In this document: positions 12,138 to 24,290 of the stretch, piece after piece | Numbering within the stretch: position 1 is the stretch's first letter | How the letters are laid out: every line of letters starts with the position of its first letter | Source of the DNA: Chiloscyllium plagiosum | Lineage: Eukaryota | Assembly (NCBI RefSeq): GCF_004010195.1 | Contig: NC_057719.1 | Coordinates: 55,221,077-55,285,076, forward strand | DNA: 64,000 bases | Reading direction: 5' to 3' | Translations under genes and position numbers: made by a program | Notes under the pieces: model-generated | Seen by the model: only the letters and a program-made list of their open reading frames with translations | Told to the model about the DNA's origin: nothing | The model's database searches: none

Positions 12138-12716
12138 TGTAACCCTCAAGTCATTTTATTAATGTATCAGACAACACATGTGGAGCTTATACATTTTACC
12201 ACAAACTAGAACCTATTTGTACGCACACTAGGGTCTTCTGACACTCCCTGAGTAGTCACAGTATATAAAAGCTAATACCCAAACAGGATAGCTGCTGATG
12301 CTGATAAGACCTAATATTGACCAGGCGCTCCGTTCCTTCTCTCTCTGTCTATGTCACCATTATGTCCTTGATGTAGGGTCTGCTTCCCTGATGATTGGTC
12401 TCTGGAGTTTTCACTGGCTCTAGGCCCAAAAGTCTTCTTATTCCTTTTCTTATCTTTTTTGAGCTGGGCTGTCTATTTTCCATTGGCTCAGGCTCATTCA
12501 TTTATCATAGGCCTTTACTTTATTGGCCCAGGCCCAAGAACCGAGGTAGCATTACCTCTAAATAAGGCTTTTGCATTACTTCAACCTCCTTGCTTTCCAC
12601 ATAATTTAGTTAGTACATTGCTTTCTGCATAACTTTATTAGTACATTTCTTTCCACATAACTTTGTTAGTACAAACTGGTCTCAACTGGCTCAGACCAGT
12701 ACCTGGACTCAAGTCA
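12138..12716 (-). mobile_element. Possible solo LTR
   Basis: TG...CA ends, flanks ttctct / ttcttt, minus-strand AATAAA near one end, internal short repeats. Confidence 0.35.
12591..12674. repeat. 28-bp tandem repeat, 3 copies
   Basis: tgctttccacataatttagttagtacat / tgctttctgcataactttattagtacat / ttctttccacataactttgttagtacaa. Confidence 0.9.
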
Positions 12717-13382
12717 TTCTTTGTTCACAAGCCACTCCTTCCTACGTATCAGTGATTTCAATATTTTTCTGCAGCATGTTGGCAGCTTGTATCCCTCTTT
12801 CTCTCCCTTTTCGTGCAGCCCCTGATTAACAATTTTAGAATGTAAATGGCCTAGTTGACCAGGAGAAAATCTTGGCACCCGAGAAGCGCAACAGTGTGCC
12901 TCCAAAAGCTGGGAGGTACCTGCCTTGTAGCAGAAGCATGATGGGAGCTGACTGCAGTCATGATGGGGGGTGCCAATACATTGACAATTAGATCAGGCTG
13001 CTCCTTGGAAAGCCAACACTGCACAAACAGAGGAAAGTGGCCTTTTAAACAAACCGAAGAAACAACACCGAACTTGGCACTGATTAGCTCATCTGTCTTC
13101 CATTTTTAACAAATAGGAGTTCAGTTTCAAATTCCTCGCATTGAGCTTGCTGGCTGAACACAAATGTGAAACAGACTGTTAATGTTCACCAACATGAGGA
13201 GTGAAATTTGTAATCCTGACCACAGGAGCTTAGTGACCCAGTAATTGTCAGCAAATGGATTTCCCAATCCATCCCCATCTCAGCCCTTAAAATTGTGAAA
13301 TTGTCCTGGAGACGTTGGGATTGTTGTCGATGTCTGGGACTGTGATTTCTAAATCGTGTCCTCATGAGGTCCAAAAATTAGG

Positions 13383-13505
13383 TTGAAGGGCTTATGTCCG
13401 AAACATCAATTCTCCTGCTCCTCCGATGCTGCCTGACCTGCTCTGCTTTTCCAGCACCGCACTCTTGACTCTGATCTCCAGTATCTGCAGTCCTCACTTT
13501 CACCT
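13383..13505 (+). mobile_element. Penelope-like terminal-repeat remnant
   Basis: gaagggcttatgtccgaaac...gatgctgcctgacctgct...atctgcagtcctcacttt. Confidence 0.85.
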
Positions 13506-14356
13506 GATTTTAAAATCCAGCCCAATGATGTGTCAATATGTAAAATGTGCAAATACTAGTGCAAATACAATTCATATGAAAATATTAAAAAGCAGCTTTC
13601 TATAGCTGTTGAAGGTATTGCGGTTTATTAATTGAAAGCAAATTTCAATTGTGCTTACACAATTTCTAAATATTCTAATTGCAAAGAAATTGACTACAAC
13701 CAGCAGTTCAAATTGCCAGCAAACTGGCTGAGAAAGTAAACCGATGCACATAAGTGCATTGGGGGAATATTATAGTAAATATTCTGAAAGCTTGATGAAA
13801 GCAAGATAGCAGGCTCACTGTGTGCATCAGTCAGAAAGATGTGGGTGACTGCCATGTATTTCTCTCTGTGCAATGGCTCAGGTACTACACCAAGAGGAGG
13901 AGGAGGTGGAAAATCACTCCGTCATTGAGATTAGAATGCATCAAATGTTTCCCATTTATATAAAGCCACAAATACAAAATTACCCTTCCCATCTGTTATG
14001 TAAGTCTTACCGGGAAGCATCAACATACAGTGGTTTAGTATTGTGTTAATCCTGTAAGAAAGTCTTGAATGTGTGAAATATATTGGCATAAGAATATAAG
14101 AATATAGAAGAGTAAAATAATCCTATTTTGTTATCAAGTCTATCCATACTTTGATTGATTTCAATCACACCCACCCACCAGCTCACCATGTCAATACATT
14201 GATTCCCTTGCCTGAAGCAAATGAAGTTTCCTCTTCAATTCAATTACACTGTTTAGTTATGAGGCCTTCCTTGCAACTAATTCCACAAAGCTCTTTCCCT
14301 GAAAGTTTTTTGTTTAAAAAGTGTCAGCTTACTTACCTGATTATCCTGACTTTCAG

Positions 14357-14438
14357 TTTTTGCATCTGTACTTGCTGGTGCTCAAACTTTCATCCACAAT
14401 TTGTTTGGAGCAGCTTGTGAAGTGGCTGATGCAGAGAA
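14357..14438 (+). CDS. Candidate coding exon 2 (82 nt, phase 1 to phase 2): (F)FASVLAGAQTFIHNLFGAACEVADAE(N)
   Basis: Acceptor cctgactttcag, consensus donor GTAAGT at 14439, open in the frame set by exon 1. Confidence 0.45.
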
Positions 14439-14599
14439 GTAAGTCTCCATTGAATAATTTGTAATTTAAACACCATTAAAATGAGCGATAAATTAGTTGG
14501 ATTTTATTTCACATAGGTCACATAAAAATAGCATTCCATTCTATAGCATGAGATTCATGATCAAACACCAAAAGCTGTGATCACTGGTGGAATCTGATC

Positions 14600-16560
14600 A
14601 GCCTCCTGCACATATATGCTGCACTAGCACATGCTTCTGTGTGACACTTGTGACTGTTCACACTGGGAAGTGGACTCATGCTAGCATCCCCTGTGTGTAT
14701 TGAAAGCATCTGAATGAGTGCTATCCTGACAACTAGCAGCCCAGCCAGCTGATGTGATACCCATTGTCCTCATTTGACTAATAAATGCATGGTGTTGTCT
14801 GTACAAAGATTAGCTACAGAGGGCTCAAGCACACAATTTCCAATTGCAGTGAATTTAATTTCTGTTACTGCAAAGTCACTGAAAGTGCTTCTAGAGGTAC
14901 TGTTATGAGTTCCTGGACTGGCACCATCCACACACACAGGCATTTCAATTTGATGAGGCGGCACCAAGGAAGGAGGCTGCTGTGCCTCTGAGTCCACAGA
15001 GAAACAGGGAGATTGAGCTGGTGGAGATGGTAAGCCCTGAGCAATGGCCTCTGTCATGTTGAAGCTAGACTCTTCCATATTCCTTGATAGTGGCAGGTCA
15101 GCCAATGCACTGGCATCTAATTTTGCTCGACCAACAACATTATAATATGCGCTGGCTCACTCATCCTCAATTCAGTGTCCATTGATAGAAACCTTCTGTG
15201 AGTTTCATCATGGTGAGCTGGAAAGTGATCATCCTTTCACCCTGTCCAGTCTGCAGCCCAGTTATGCCCAGTGACTAACCTGTTAATCCCTACATGTTGT
15301 GGTTCTGTTCGCCGAGCTGGGAATTTGTGTTGCAGACGTTTAATCCGCTGTCTAGGTGACATCCTCAGTGCTTGGGAGCCTCCTGTGAAACGTTTCTGTG
15401 ATCTTTCCTCTGCCATTTGTAGTGGTGGAGGAAATGGTGGAGGAAAGATCACAGAAGCGCCTCACAGGAGGCTCCCAAGCACTGAGGATGTCACCTAGAC
15501 AGGGGACGAAACATCTGCAACACAAATTCCCAGCTCGGCGAACAGAACCACAACAACGAGCACCCGAGCTACAAATCTTCTCACAAACTTTGAATCCCTA
15601 CATGATACTAACCTCTGATGTAAATGAAGTGTCAGTATCTGAGCTGCAGACCTCATTGCCAGATGGGGGGTCTCTTCATCACTGTTGTGCTGATGCTCTT
15701 CTTTCTCCTTGGCTGCAGCTGTTGGAAGATGTTAGTTCCATGGGTATACGGTACAGGCAATCAGAAGAGAAGGTGAAAGTGGTGCTGGAGGAAAATCAAG
15801 ACTTCCATGTTTAGATCACCTGCGGTTTGCCCAAAGTGCCAGGTAGCTAGTAGGAAGGTGACCATGGAGCTGAGGAGTAGTTAATTTTGCCAAAGAGTCT
15901 GTCATGGCCATGATGCAGAAAACTATCTCCCTGAGGGGTTCCAAGTGATACAGGCTTTGTTCCATGTTGGTTCTGCACTTCTCCCTTCTTTTGAGGGCTA
16001 TTTTGTCCTGCACGGCAGAGAAAAATGATATTACTGCAAAATGTTCCAATGTTGTGCCTCTTTTTGTTAAATCACTTCACATATGCAGAGGTAATGAGTG
16101 CTGGATGAGTGGTTGGCAGCACTGGTAATTATGTGACGATGAGATGAAGGCAATGTTAGATTATGAATCCTGAGTGCCAAGTACTACTAAGTGAGTGGTA
16201 GAGTGTGGTAGGTTAAGCAGTATGACCATACTGGTGGCGCTGTGAGTAGGAGATGCCATGTGAAGATTCATTCATTGACCCTGACTATATTAGTGAAGGC
16301 AAGAATGCTTATATCACAGCTGCCAGATCTTCAAGGCCATAATCCATCAATTGGTTTCCCTGACACCCTACTCCCAATCACTCCTGAGTGTGGTTTGTGG
16401 GGATTTTGTAACCACCAGCCACCCCTCTGCCCGTAACAGTTGAATCATGACAAATGATGTATCTCCTCCTACCACCTCTTTGACTAATGTCTCCAATCTG
16501 ACATTTGTAGTGCTGGATTCCACTCTCTATCCTGGTGTTCAATTTCCTTCAATTAGAATT
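14600..16560 (-). pseudogene. Probable decayed Harbinger Myb/SANT-like gene, interrupted by a PLE
   Basis: QDKIALKRREKCRT..LEPLREIVFCIM and ADLPLSRNMEESSFNM resemble recalled Harbinger DNA-binding ORFs; heavily degenerate, boundaries uncertain. Confidence 0.4.
15295..15592. mobile_element. Palindromic Penelope-like insertion with TSD
   Basis: Inverted arms ~15295-15419 and ~15432-15556; direct repeat aatccctaca(tg) starting at 15285 and 15593. Confidence 0.9.
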
Positions 16561-16959
16561 GCAGTAAAAGTGTTCAGGAGCAGCATTATTTAATTCAGTG
16601 CAGCCTTTCTTCAAAAAGGGCAACCTTCCTTTAAGGGCCAAAGTCAGTTTGAACTATATGCAAAGTAGCATTATCAGTGACTCTGACTGATTCTCATTAG
16701 GAAACTCTGGAATTCAGAAAAACGTAAAAAGGCTTAGGGTCGATTAGAATTGAGATGAGATCTCCACATAGAGCTATTTCATGCCAATGAGCACTGAGGT
16801 TTCTCTAACCCAGATATAGTCCTGCAACCATATGGGCAAGAGTGTTCAAGAAGAAAGTAATTGTAATTCACTTTGGGCCTCTTCAGTCATTAGAGAACAC
16901 ATTTCCAGCACCTTCCTTCTTGGTAATCACCAAGCATCTCAACAGTTCCTAATTCTTTC

Positions 16960-17400
16960 AGCACCTTCAGATATTATTCTCACACACTCACCTCCTCTCT
17001 CCACCAGACCCAACTCTCCCAACCTGAGAGGAACACAGCCTGATCTTCTACCGACTACCATGATCCACTCAGACAACCCTCCTGTCTCCCAATTACCCCC
17101 TAACCTTACTACTCTCTTGACTAAACAGCTCCAGCACAACCTGACTGCACTTTTTACCTGACCTGACTATCCCCGACTCAAATGCAGACACAACCTGGCC
17201 CAACTACCCGTTAGATAACCTGGCTACCTGTTCAATTGACTCTCCCACCTATTCCTGACCGACCCGATCCCCCCTACACACTCTACCACTTTGCAAATTG
17301 ATACAATTCCACCCTCCACCTGTCCACTTGCCCAGCAACTATTTACCCACCTTCCGACCCACCCACTTCAAATAACCCATGTACCCAACTCACCAAACCT
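16960..17400. repeat. C/A-rich low-complexity tract
   Basis: Recurrent acctgac / cccacc / accc words, strongly G-poor on the + strand. Confidence 0.6.
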
Positions 17401-17659
17401 TTTAGTCTCCCAAAAAAGGGGGTGCATCTCGTCTTTCTCTGATTTTTCTCCACTCTGGTGGATATCTCTGATAGATGCTGTCCTGTACATTTCTGTTAAA
17501 CATATACACAGAAGACCCGGCAAGAAATAAGCAGCAAGATCCAATTCGGAGAATTTACGAGTGCAATGTGTGACAATCTGATGACCATCACCGCTCCTCG
17601 GAAAAATGGTGATAATGGTTTTGAGCAATGTTTTCAAGTAATCATTGTGGAAAGTACTG

Positions 17660-17812
17660 TTCCCTAGCTACCATCAGCTCTGAAGAAGGGTCACTGGACC
17701 TGAAATATTAACTCTGATTTCTCTCCACAGATGCTGCCAGACCTGCTGAGATTTTCTAGCAATTTCTGTTTTCATTTCTGATCTCCAGCATCCACAGTTC
17801 GTGGGGTTTTTT
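17660..17812 (+). mobile_element. Penelope-like terminal-repeat remnant
   Basis: ctgaagaagggtcactggacctgaaa...gatgctgccagacctgctgag...tccagcatcc. Confidence 0.8.
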
Positions 17813-17871
17813 TGTATTCATTATGAAAAGTACTTTGTCAATCTCACTTGCTTGTGTTGTTGTCACTCCAG

Positions 17872-18058
17872 CCTCTGTAACTTGCCATTCCACTTTCCTG
17901 ACCTAAGCAACGGTGGTGAAACTCCTGCAAACCTTCAGGGTACAACTATAATAAAAATGTCAGGTTTATTGCACATCAGTAAAGACAAGATTTTAAATCG
18001 GACTGGAAATAACAGCACTAAAAAGGCCAGGGGCCTCACAAGGAGTGAACTGTGGTGA
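17872..18058 (+). CDS. Candidate terminal coding exon 3 (phase 2): LCNLPFHFPDLSNGG...NRTGNNSTKKARGLTRSELW*
   Basis: Acceptor ttgtgttgttgtcactccag with upstream ctcac branch-like site; only the phase-2 frame is open; AATAAA at 18651. Confidence 0.4.
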
Positions 18059-18437
18059 CCTTTACAGAAAATGAAAAAGAAAGAACTGAACAATTACTGC
18101 TGCTACGGTAATTCTCTAACAAGAAAAACTCGTGGAGTCCCCATTTGTCATCTGCTAAATGGAAAATATGATGTATACTTTAATTCTGCTCCATTCAATC
18201 AACTTGTTGAGCAATGGTTTATTTCAGCATTGTTAAAGTGTAATGTTTTCTCATATTAAGCATTGTTCTTACATCTTTTTATTCGCAGGGATGAAGGCAT
18301 AACTACGCTATGATAGCATCTATGTCATTTAGTAAATATATCCTAAACATTGCCTATCCCATACTGTGATATGATCAGAACTGTCAAAATGTGCACTTAA
18401 AAAACCAAAATAGTATATTGATAAGAAATATTGCATC

Positions 18438-18567
18438 TTCGAGGAGAAAGTGAGGACTGCAGATGCTGGAGATCAGAGCTGAAAATCTGTTGCTGGAAAA
18501 GCGCAGCAGGTCAGGCAGCATCCAAGGAACAGGAGAATCGACGTTTCGGGCATAAACCCTTCTTCAG
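18438..18567 (-). mobile_element. Penelope-like terminal-repeat insertion with TSD
   Basis: Direct repeat agaaatattgcatc at 18424-18437 and 18566-18579. Confidence 0.9.
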
Positions 18568-18789
18568 AAATATTGCATCACTGGATTATTTTAACTGCAG
18601 TAATACTCTCGAAAGTGTATCAAGAAAGCAGCTTATCAAAGATAAATATTAATAAATGTTTGCAAGTGACATTATCCCAACTAATCAATGTGCTGTTGTT
18701 GTGTACCACATCAAATATTATGATTCATCATATTTGACATTTCATTTATTCCTTACCATTATATTAATGAGATGTTCCCTTCAGTAGAT

Positions 18790-19220
18790 TGCGAATTCTT
18801 CTGACGGAGTTTGAAGAGTAAAGGCTACTTGATTGATGCATATAATTTTCTGAGGGGGCTGAATCTGCTTGATGTGGCAAGGAAGTTTCCTCCCGTGGGA
18901 GAATCTAGTACCTGTATTTAGGGTCACTGTTTAAAAATAAGGGGTCACCCATTTAAAACAGAGACTAAGCATCTGTTGTTTCCTTTCAGACAGCTGTTCA
19001 TCTTTGGAATACTCTTCCTCAAAAGGCAGTGGGAGGAGAATTTTTGAGCACGTTTAAGGCAGAAATGGATGGTTACTCTTGGTAAGCAAGGGGATGAAAA
19101 GTTATAAGGAGTGGGTGTGAATGTGGAGTTGAGGCATAATTTGATCAGCCATGATCTAATTAAATGGCAGAGCAGGTCTGAGGGGTCAAATGGCCTGCCC
19201 TCATCCCTAACTCCTATGTT
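18790..19220 (+). mobile_element. CR1 3' fragment
   Basis: gggtcactgtttaaaaataaggggtcacccattt and CR1 3' UTR. Confidence 0.8.
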
Positions 19221-20984
19221 TGCATGATCACATGTATGCCCATTAAAGAATCAAAGAAGTTGTAACCTTTACACCATGATTGCAGCTTGTGGTTTATTAT
19301 CATGCCCCCAAACACTTCTGTGTCCTTCTCAAATATATTGAAAGTATATCATACAATCAGTTACTCCACTCATCAGAGTAATGAGTCATTATGCTTTAGT
19401 AACATCAACATTCAAGCCAACTATAAAGATATCTTTGTTGTAGTTAGTTAGATGACAGCAGAAAACCCATGAAGATTTTAGATGGAGATGCTAGTAAATA
19501 GTTAATGATACCATTGGTCTGAAAAATAGATATTGAGCATGTACAAAAGGAGCTATGTCATAAAATGTCAGTTGACATGGTGATGGAGCCAGAGCTTGTA
19601 GAGTTCCAGAAAGTTGTCTTGTATTGTAAATGGCAAAGATGAATAAAGCTTGTTAGTGTGCTCTTACGAATGTCTCATCTTTATTTTGCCACATGGCCTA
19701 GACATAGATTGTACAATTGTTTCTTTTTCAGAACATATTCTTTCAATTTGCAAGTGTGGCCTGAGCTTTTTTTTTCATTCAAAGCTGTACTCTCTCTCTG
19801 CTCTCTGTTTCCTACGCTATTGTAGTGAAATTCAATAAATGTTCGAGGAACAACACTTCATTTTCCAAATAGGTGTTTTTCTGAGCTCAGCAGTGAATTA
19901 CACCTCATAGTTACCGCAGCATAATCTCTGAATTCTGACACATTTTCTCCAGCCACATCTTTTCTTTACTAATCTGATTACTTTTGCCTTGTGCCTGCAC
20001 CTCTTTTGTCATTTAATCCAGTTTTGATTGGTCAGCGCATTATCCTAAGATATGGACCAGCAAACAAAATCAGAGTCAATCTGTCTGGTTTAAAAGTTAA
20101 ACAAACACAACTCAATGGCAATTCCTCTATTCCTCTATGGCGATCAGAGCACTCTCTTAAGCAGCACGGTTTGTCATTGAATTAGTATTCTGGTAAATTG
20201 CCCCGATGAGCGCAAGACCAAAACCTTTGTCTTTTTTTTCAGCCATACTCAAGTTCTGTGTACAACTATTTTCAGATTTTGTCTGGATTGTCATGAAAGC
20301 TTGCCCTCTACCTTAGCTGCCCGTATTCTTTAATTTTCAAAGGAAGTAATGAAAATAATTGAGATCATTGCTGAGGTAGTCCTTCCTTGTGCATTTTACC
20401 TCCAGTCTGTGGTTTCAGAGGTTACTTTCCACAGAGTTCTTGAATTTTAATCTTGGCTTGCCTCACTAGGGTGCCCAAGTTTAAATTCTAAATACATGTT
20501 GAATTTAGGGATTTTATTATCAGTGATATTTATTATACGCTCACTCCATTAAGCTGAACTCTGACAATGAATGCTTCAATTCCAGTGCATTTTATCCTTC
20601 AAAATAAATCATTTTGCACACTCCTTCTTACTATTTTAGGTCCATGATGTTCTGAATATATCTTATGTGGAACTTGTTCAACTGATTCATTTGTCTGGAA
20701 TAGGTATTCCACAGCTGCTAGACATATTGGAGAGAAACCTTACCGCTACTTTATATACAGCGGATCTTGTAAATTTGATAAAATCATTTCCTTCACATTT
20801 CCTCCTTTCTAAATATGCATACATTAAGCTTGCTCTAGCAACTCTAATTGCTATAAAACTGCCAATTCAGAGATTTCTGCAGATTGTGCTTCTGAAACAG
20901 GCAAAAATATCTACAGCCTTCAGAGCTGTGTCATTATTAATTTACAGTCAGTTGGTATAGTCAGGTTTTGGCGATGGTTGATGG

Positions 20985-21200
20985 AGTGTCTCTGTCTTTT
21001 TTCACCTGATGGTTAGCCCCTGGGAATCAGGCACCTTTACAAAATTGTGCATGATCCTTGAGGTTATGTTCATAGTCTGATATGAGGGCACAGTCATTGG
21101 CAAATAGCAGTTCCAGTATCATCATCTCTGATACTTTGGTTAAAGTTACTTCAGGTTGGAGATTATCCAATGAACTGGATATATATTTCATCAAAACTTT
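20985..21200 (-). mobile_element. RTE-clade LINE RT remnant
   Basis: ILELLFANDCAL resembles the RTE motif ELLFADDCAL. Confidence 0.6.
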
Positions 21201-21204
21201 TGGC

Positions 21205-21945
21205 AGAGATGGTGGAAACACTTTGGGGAGTCATAGGTGAGTTAATCACTGCAAGGTTCCCAACTTCTGGCATGTTTTCATAGCTACAGTGCTTCAAAGA
21301 TGAGCCCAGTTGAGTTTCTGATCAATGGTACCCCCAAAGATATTGAAAATCAGGAATTCAGTGATGGTAACAGCATTGAATGTCATAGGGCAATGGTTAG
21401 TTTGTCTATTATTGGAAATGGTCATTACTTGGTATTTGTTACTTGCCACTTGTTAGCCCAAATTTGAATATTGCTCAGATCTTGTTGTATTTGAATATGG
21501 ACTGCTTCAGTATCCGAGAAGTCACAAATGCTGCCGAACCATATGCAATCATCAAGGAAAATCCCTATTTTCTGACCTTATGATGGAGGGAAGGTAATTG
21601 ATGAAGCAGCTGAAGCTGGTTGAGTCAAGCACACTATCCTGAGGAACTCTTGTAGAGATGTCCTGGAACTAAGATGACTGACCTCGAACAACCACAATTT
21701 TCCTATATGCCAGCTATTATTCCAACCATTGGAGAGTTTTCCCCCTGATAACCATTGATTCCTGTTTTGTTAAACTTCTTGATCCCAGACCCGGTCGAAC
21801 GCAGCCTCGATGTCAAGGGCCGTCACTCTCACCTCACTCTCACCTCACTTCTGCAATTCAGCTCTTTTGTCCATGTTTGAACCCAGACTGTAATGAAATC
21901 AGTAGCTGATTAGACTTGGTGGAGCCCAAACTGGACATCACCGAG
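21205..21945 (-). mobile_element. CR1/L2-group LINE family B RT fragment
   Basis: Homologous to 55075-55700 and, reversed, to 40400-40930. Confidence 0.75.
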
Positions 21946-21949
21946 ATAT

Positions 21950-22430
21950 GTCCCTTAAACAAAAAGCAGAATCATCTAAATCTGGCCAATTATTGCCTCA
22001 TTAGTCCACTCTAATCATCAGTATAATGATGGAAGGTGCTATCAAGCAGCACCTGCAAAGTAACGAGTCAGAATTTAGGAACCTTTCAGTGAGTAATTCA
22101 CGTTCTGATTCCCCAAAGCCTGTCCACTATCTACAAGGCACAGCTCAGGGGTACTATGCACCATTCTCCTCTTGCCTGGTTCAGTGCATCTCCAATAACT
22201 CTCACGAAGTTTATCACCTTCCAAGACATATTAGCCCACTTGATTGGCAACCCATCAACAAATATTTAGTTTCTCCACACCAATGCTCAAAAGCAGCCAT
22301 TGTACCACGCACAAGATACACTGTAGAAATTCACCAAAGCTCCTTAGACAGCAACTTCAAAACCCATGACCAATACCATTTAGAAGGACAATCAAAGCAG
22401 ATATATGAGACCATTGACACCACCACCACC
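21950..22430 (+). mobile_element. CR1/L2-group LINE family B fragment in the opposite orientation
   Basis: ccccaaagcctgtccactatctacaaggcaca and following sequence homologous to 40915-41230. Confidence 0.7.
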
Positions 22431-23499
22431 CTAATGCCAGATCTGCCGAGTTTTTCCAAATGAGTTGCTTTGATTTCAGATTACCATCATCCGTAGTATT
22501 TTGCTTTTATCAGAAAAAATCATTTTTCATTTGAAAGTAGCACCAGGAATGTTCTGTATGACCAACAGCCATATCAATATACATGAACAATATGTAACTT
22601 GAACACTGGAGAGGTTAGTTAACTGGATGGATAACATGTAGTTCAAACAGTACAGATTTGATTTTTTCTTTGGCTGAGGAGGACATGAAATCTGGCTCCT
22701 CACCCTGCCCCCTAAGTATGATAGGCAAATGCAAACCACCACTGACAGAAGAAAACTGCCAACAAAACAACTCAGGATGAAGAATCAGCAGACAATCAGA
22801 CAAGGACTTGCCTTCAGGCAGAGGACACTCGACATGAATGCATAACTTGGGAAACAATCGATATTCTGTGCCTGAGAAAGAAAGAGATAAAAAACAGTAC
22901 AACCCATCACAGGAGTGATCCTTTTGTATTCAGGCAGCACTGCAGCCTTTGAAATTGAAAATGAACAGTTTGAGCACACAGCAGATGTGGTCAGTCTACT
23001 GGAGACTAGCATATGGTCTTTAAATACTTCCAACTTCCAACAGTGTGCTAACATCTAGATGGTATGTCCACCAATTCAGCAGTAATATTCCAGCTTCTCA
23101 GTCAGAGCACTGGGCTCAAGACTCACTGTAGGCAGCCCTGGTGCTGACACATCAAAAACATCTTACATTTAAATAACATCTTTGATGCTACAGAGCAAAC
23201 ATTGGCATGGAATGCTGGATTGATGTCCAGTGAAAGTTTTTGTGCTGAATGAATGGAAGTGTTGCCCTCCCCATTGCAAAGGATAGTGTTGGATTTACTG
23301 CAACCTTTTTTAAAAAAGAAACCTCAAAGACAAAAGTTTTGAGAAAGACATTGGTCAACCCTCTTAGTTCCTCTTTCACAATAAGTGGCTGATATGTAAC
23401 AATTGAGTTAGGATTAGCCTTAAGGCTGAACAGGTCAAATTGACCCATTACATATCTTACATCATTGTTGATTGTTTAATTCAACAACAAAGTATATTT

Positions 23500-24290
23500 A
23501 TGTGACAACTTTAATGTAGTAAAATATTGTGAGACATTTCACAGAAGAATTATCAAACATAATTTGATGCTGATCTAAATGAGTTGGGAGCATTGCTCAA
23601 GTACTCCGTCATCGGCAAATGTTTTAAAGACTGAAAACGAGGTAGAGAGGCAGAGAAGATTCGGGAGAGAATTCCAGACCTTAGGGTCTCTGCAGCTGAA
23701 AGCCCGAAACAAAGGAACCTCGATTATTGGAGTGCGCGGAGTATTTCGTTCAGCTAATTGAATTCCGGATAATCAAATGCCGGATAATATTGTTTAGCAG
23801 AGCATTAGGAACTTGCGATTTTGCTGGATAAGCCGATATTCAAATGCCGGATAATCAAGGTTCCTCTGTAGTGAAATTATTAAATTTAGGATGCTCAAAA
23901 TATGCCCCAGAATTGGAGGCTGTCAGAAATCTTGGAGGGTAATAATGGTAGTGGGGTTTACAGAGATAGAGAAGGGAGAGGTCTTAAATGGACTTCAAAC
24001 TAAGAATGAAAATTTTAAGCTCGAGGTGTTTCCCAATTCAGAGCCAATGCACACGGGAATGAAGAGTGAACAGGACTTGGTCCAAGTTGGGGAATGGGTA
24101 ACAGGGATTCAATGACATCAAGTTGTCATAGGACAGACTGTGGTAAACTGGCTAGAAATGCAGTCCAGTCAAAAGGAAACAAAGATATGAGAGATGGTTT
24201 CGGCTGCTTTCAGGACAGGGTTAGAAAAAGGCCGTCTTAATTAGATTTGCGTTTTAATACACACCTCTCATCAAATGCAACAGTGGAATT
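23500..24290 (-). mobile_element. Old L2-like LINE remnant split by a MITE
   Basis: gggagagaattccagaccttaggg and agccaatg..gaacaggacttggt are typical of antisense L2 3' regions (recalled). Confidence 0.5.
23710..23868. mobile_element. Tigger/pogo-like MITE
   Basis: TIRs caaaggaacctcgattat / ataatcaaggttcctctg (16/18 match), right flank TA, internal ccggataat repeats. Confidence 0.75.

Noticed and set aside
18059..18150. In-frame continuation after the exon-3 TGA (PLQKMKKKELNNYCCYG..), suggesting a relaxin/insulin A-chain or selenocysteine readthrough
   Set aside because: Lacks the CC-x3-C-x8-C pattern and a B-chain; no SECIS recognised by eye
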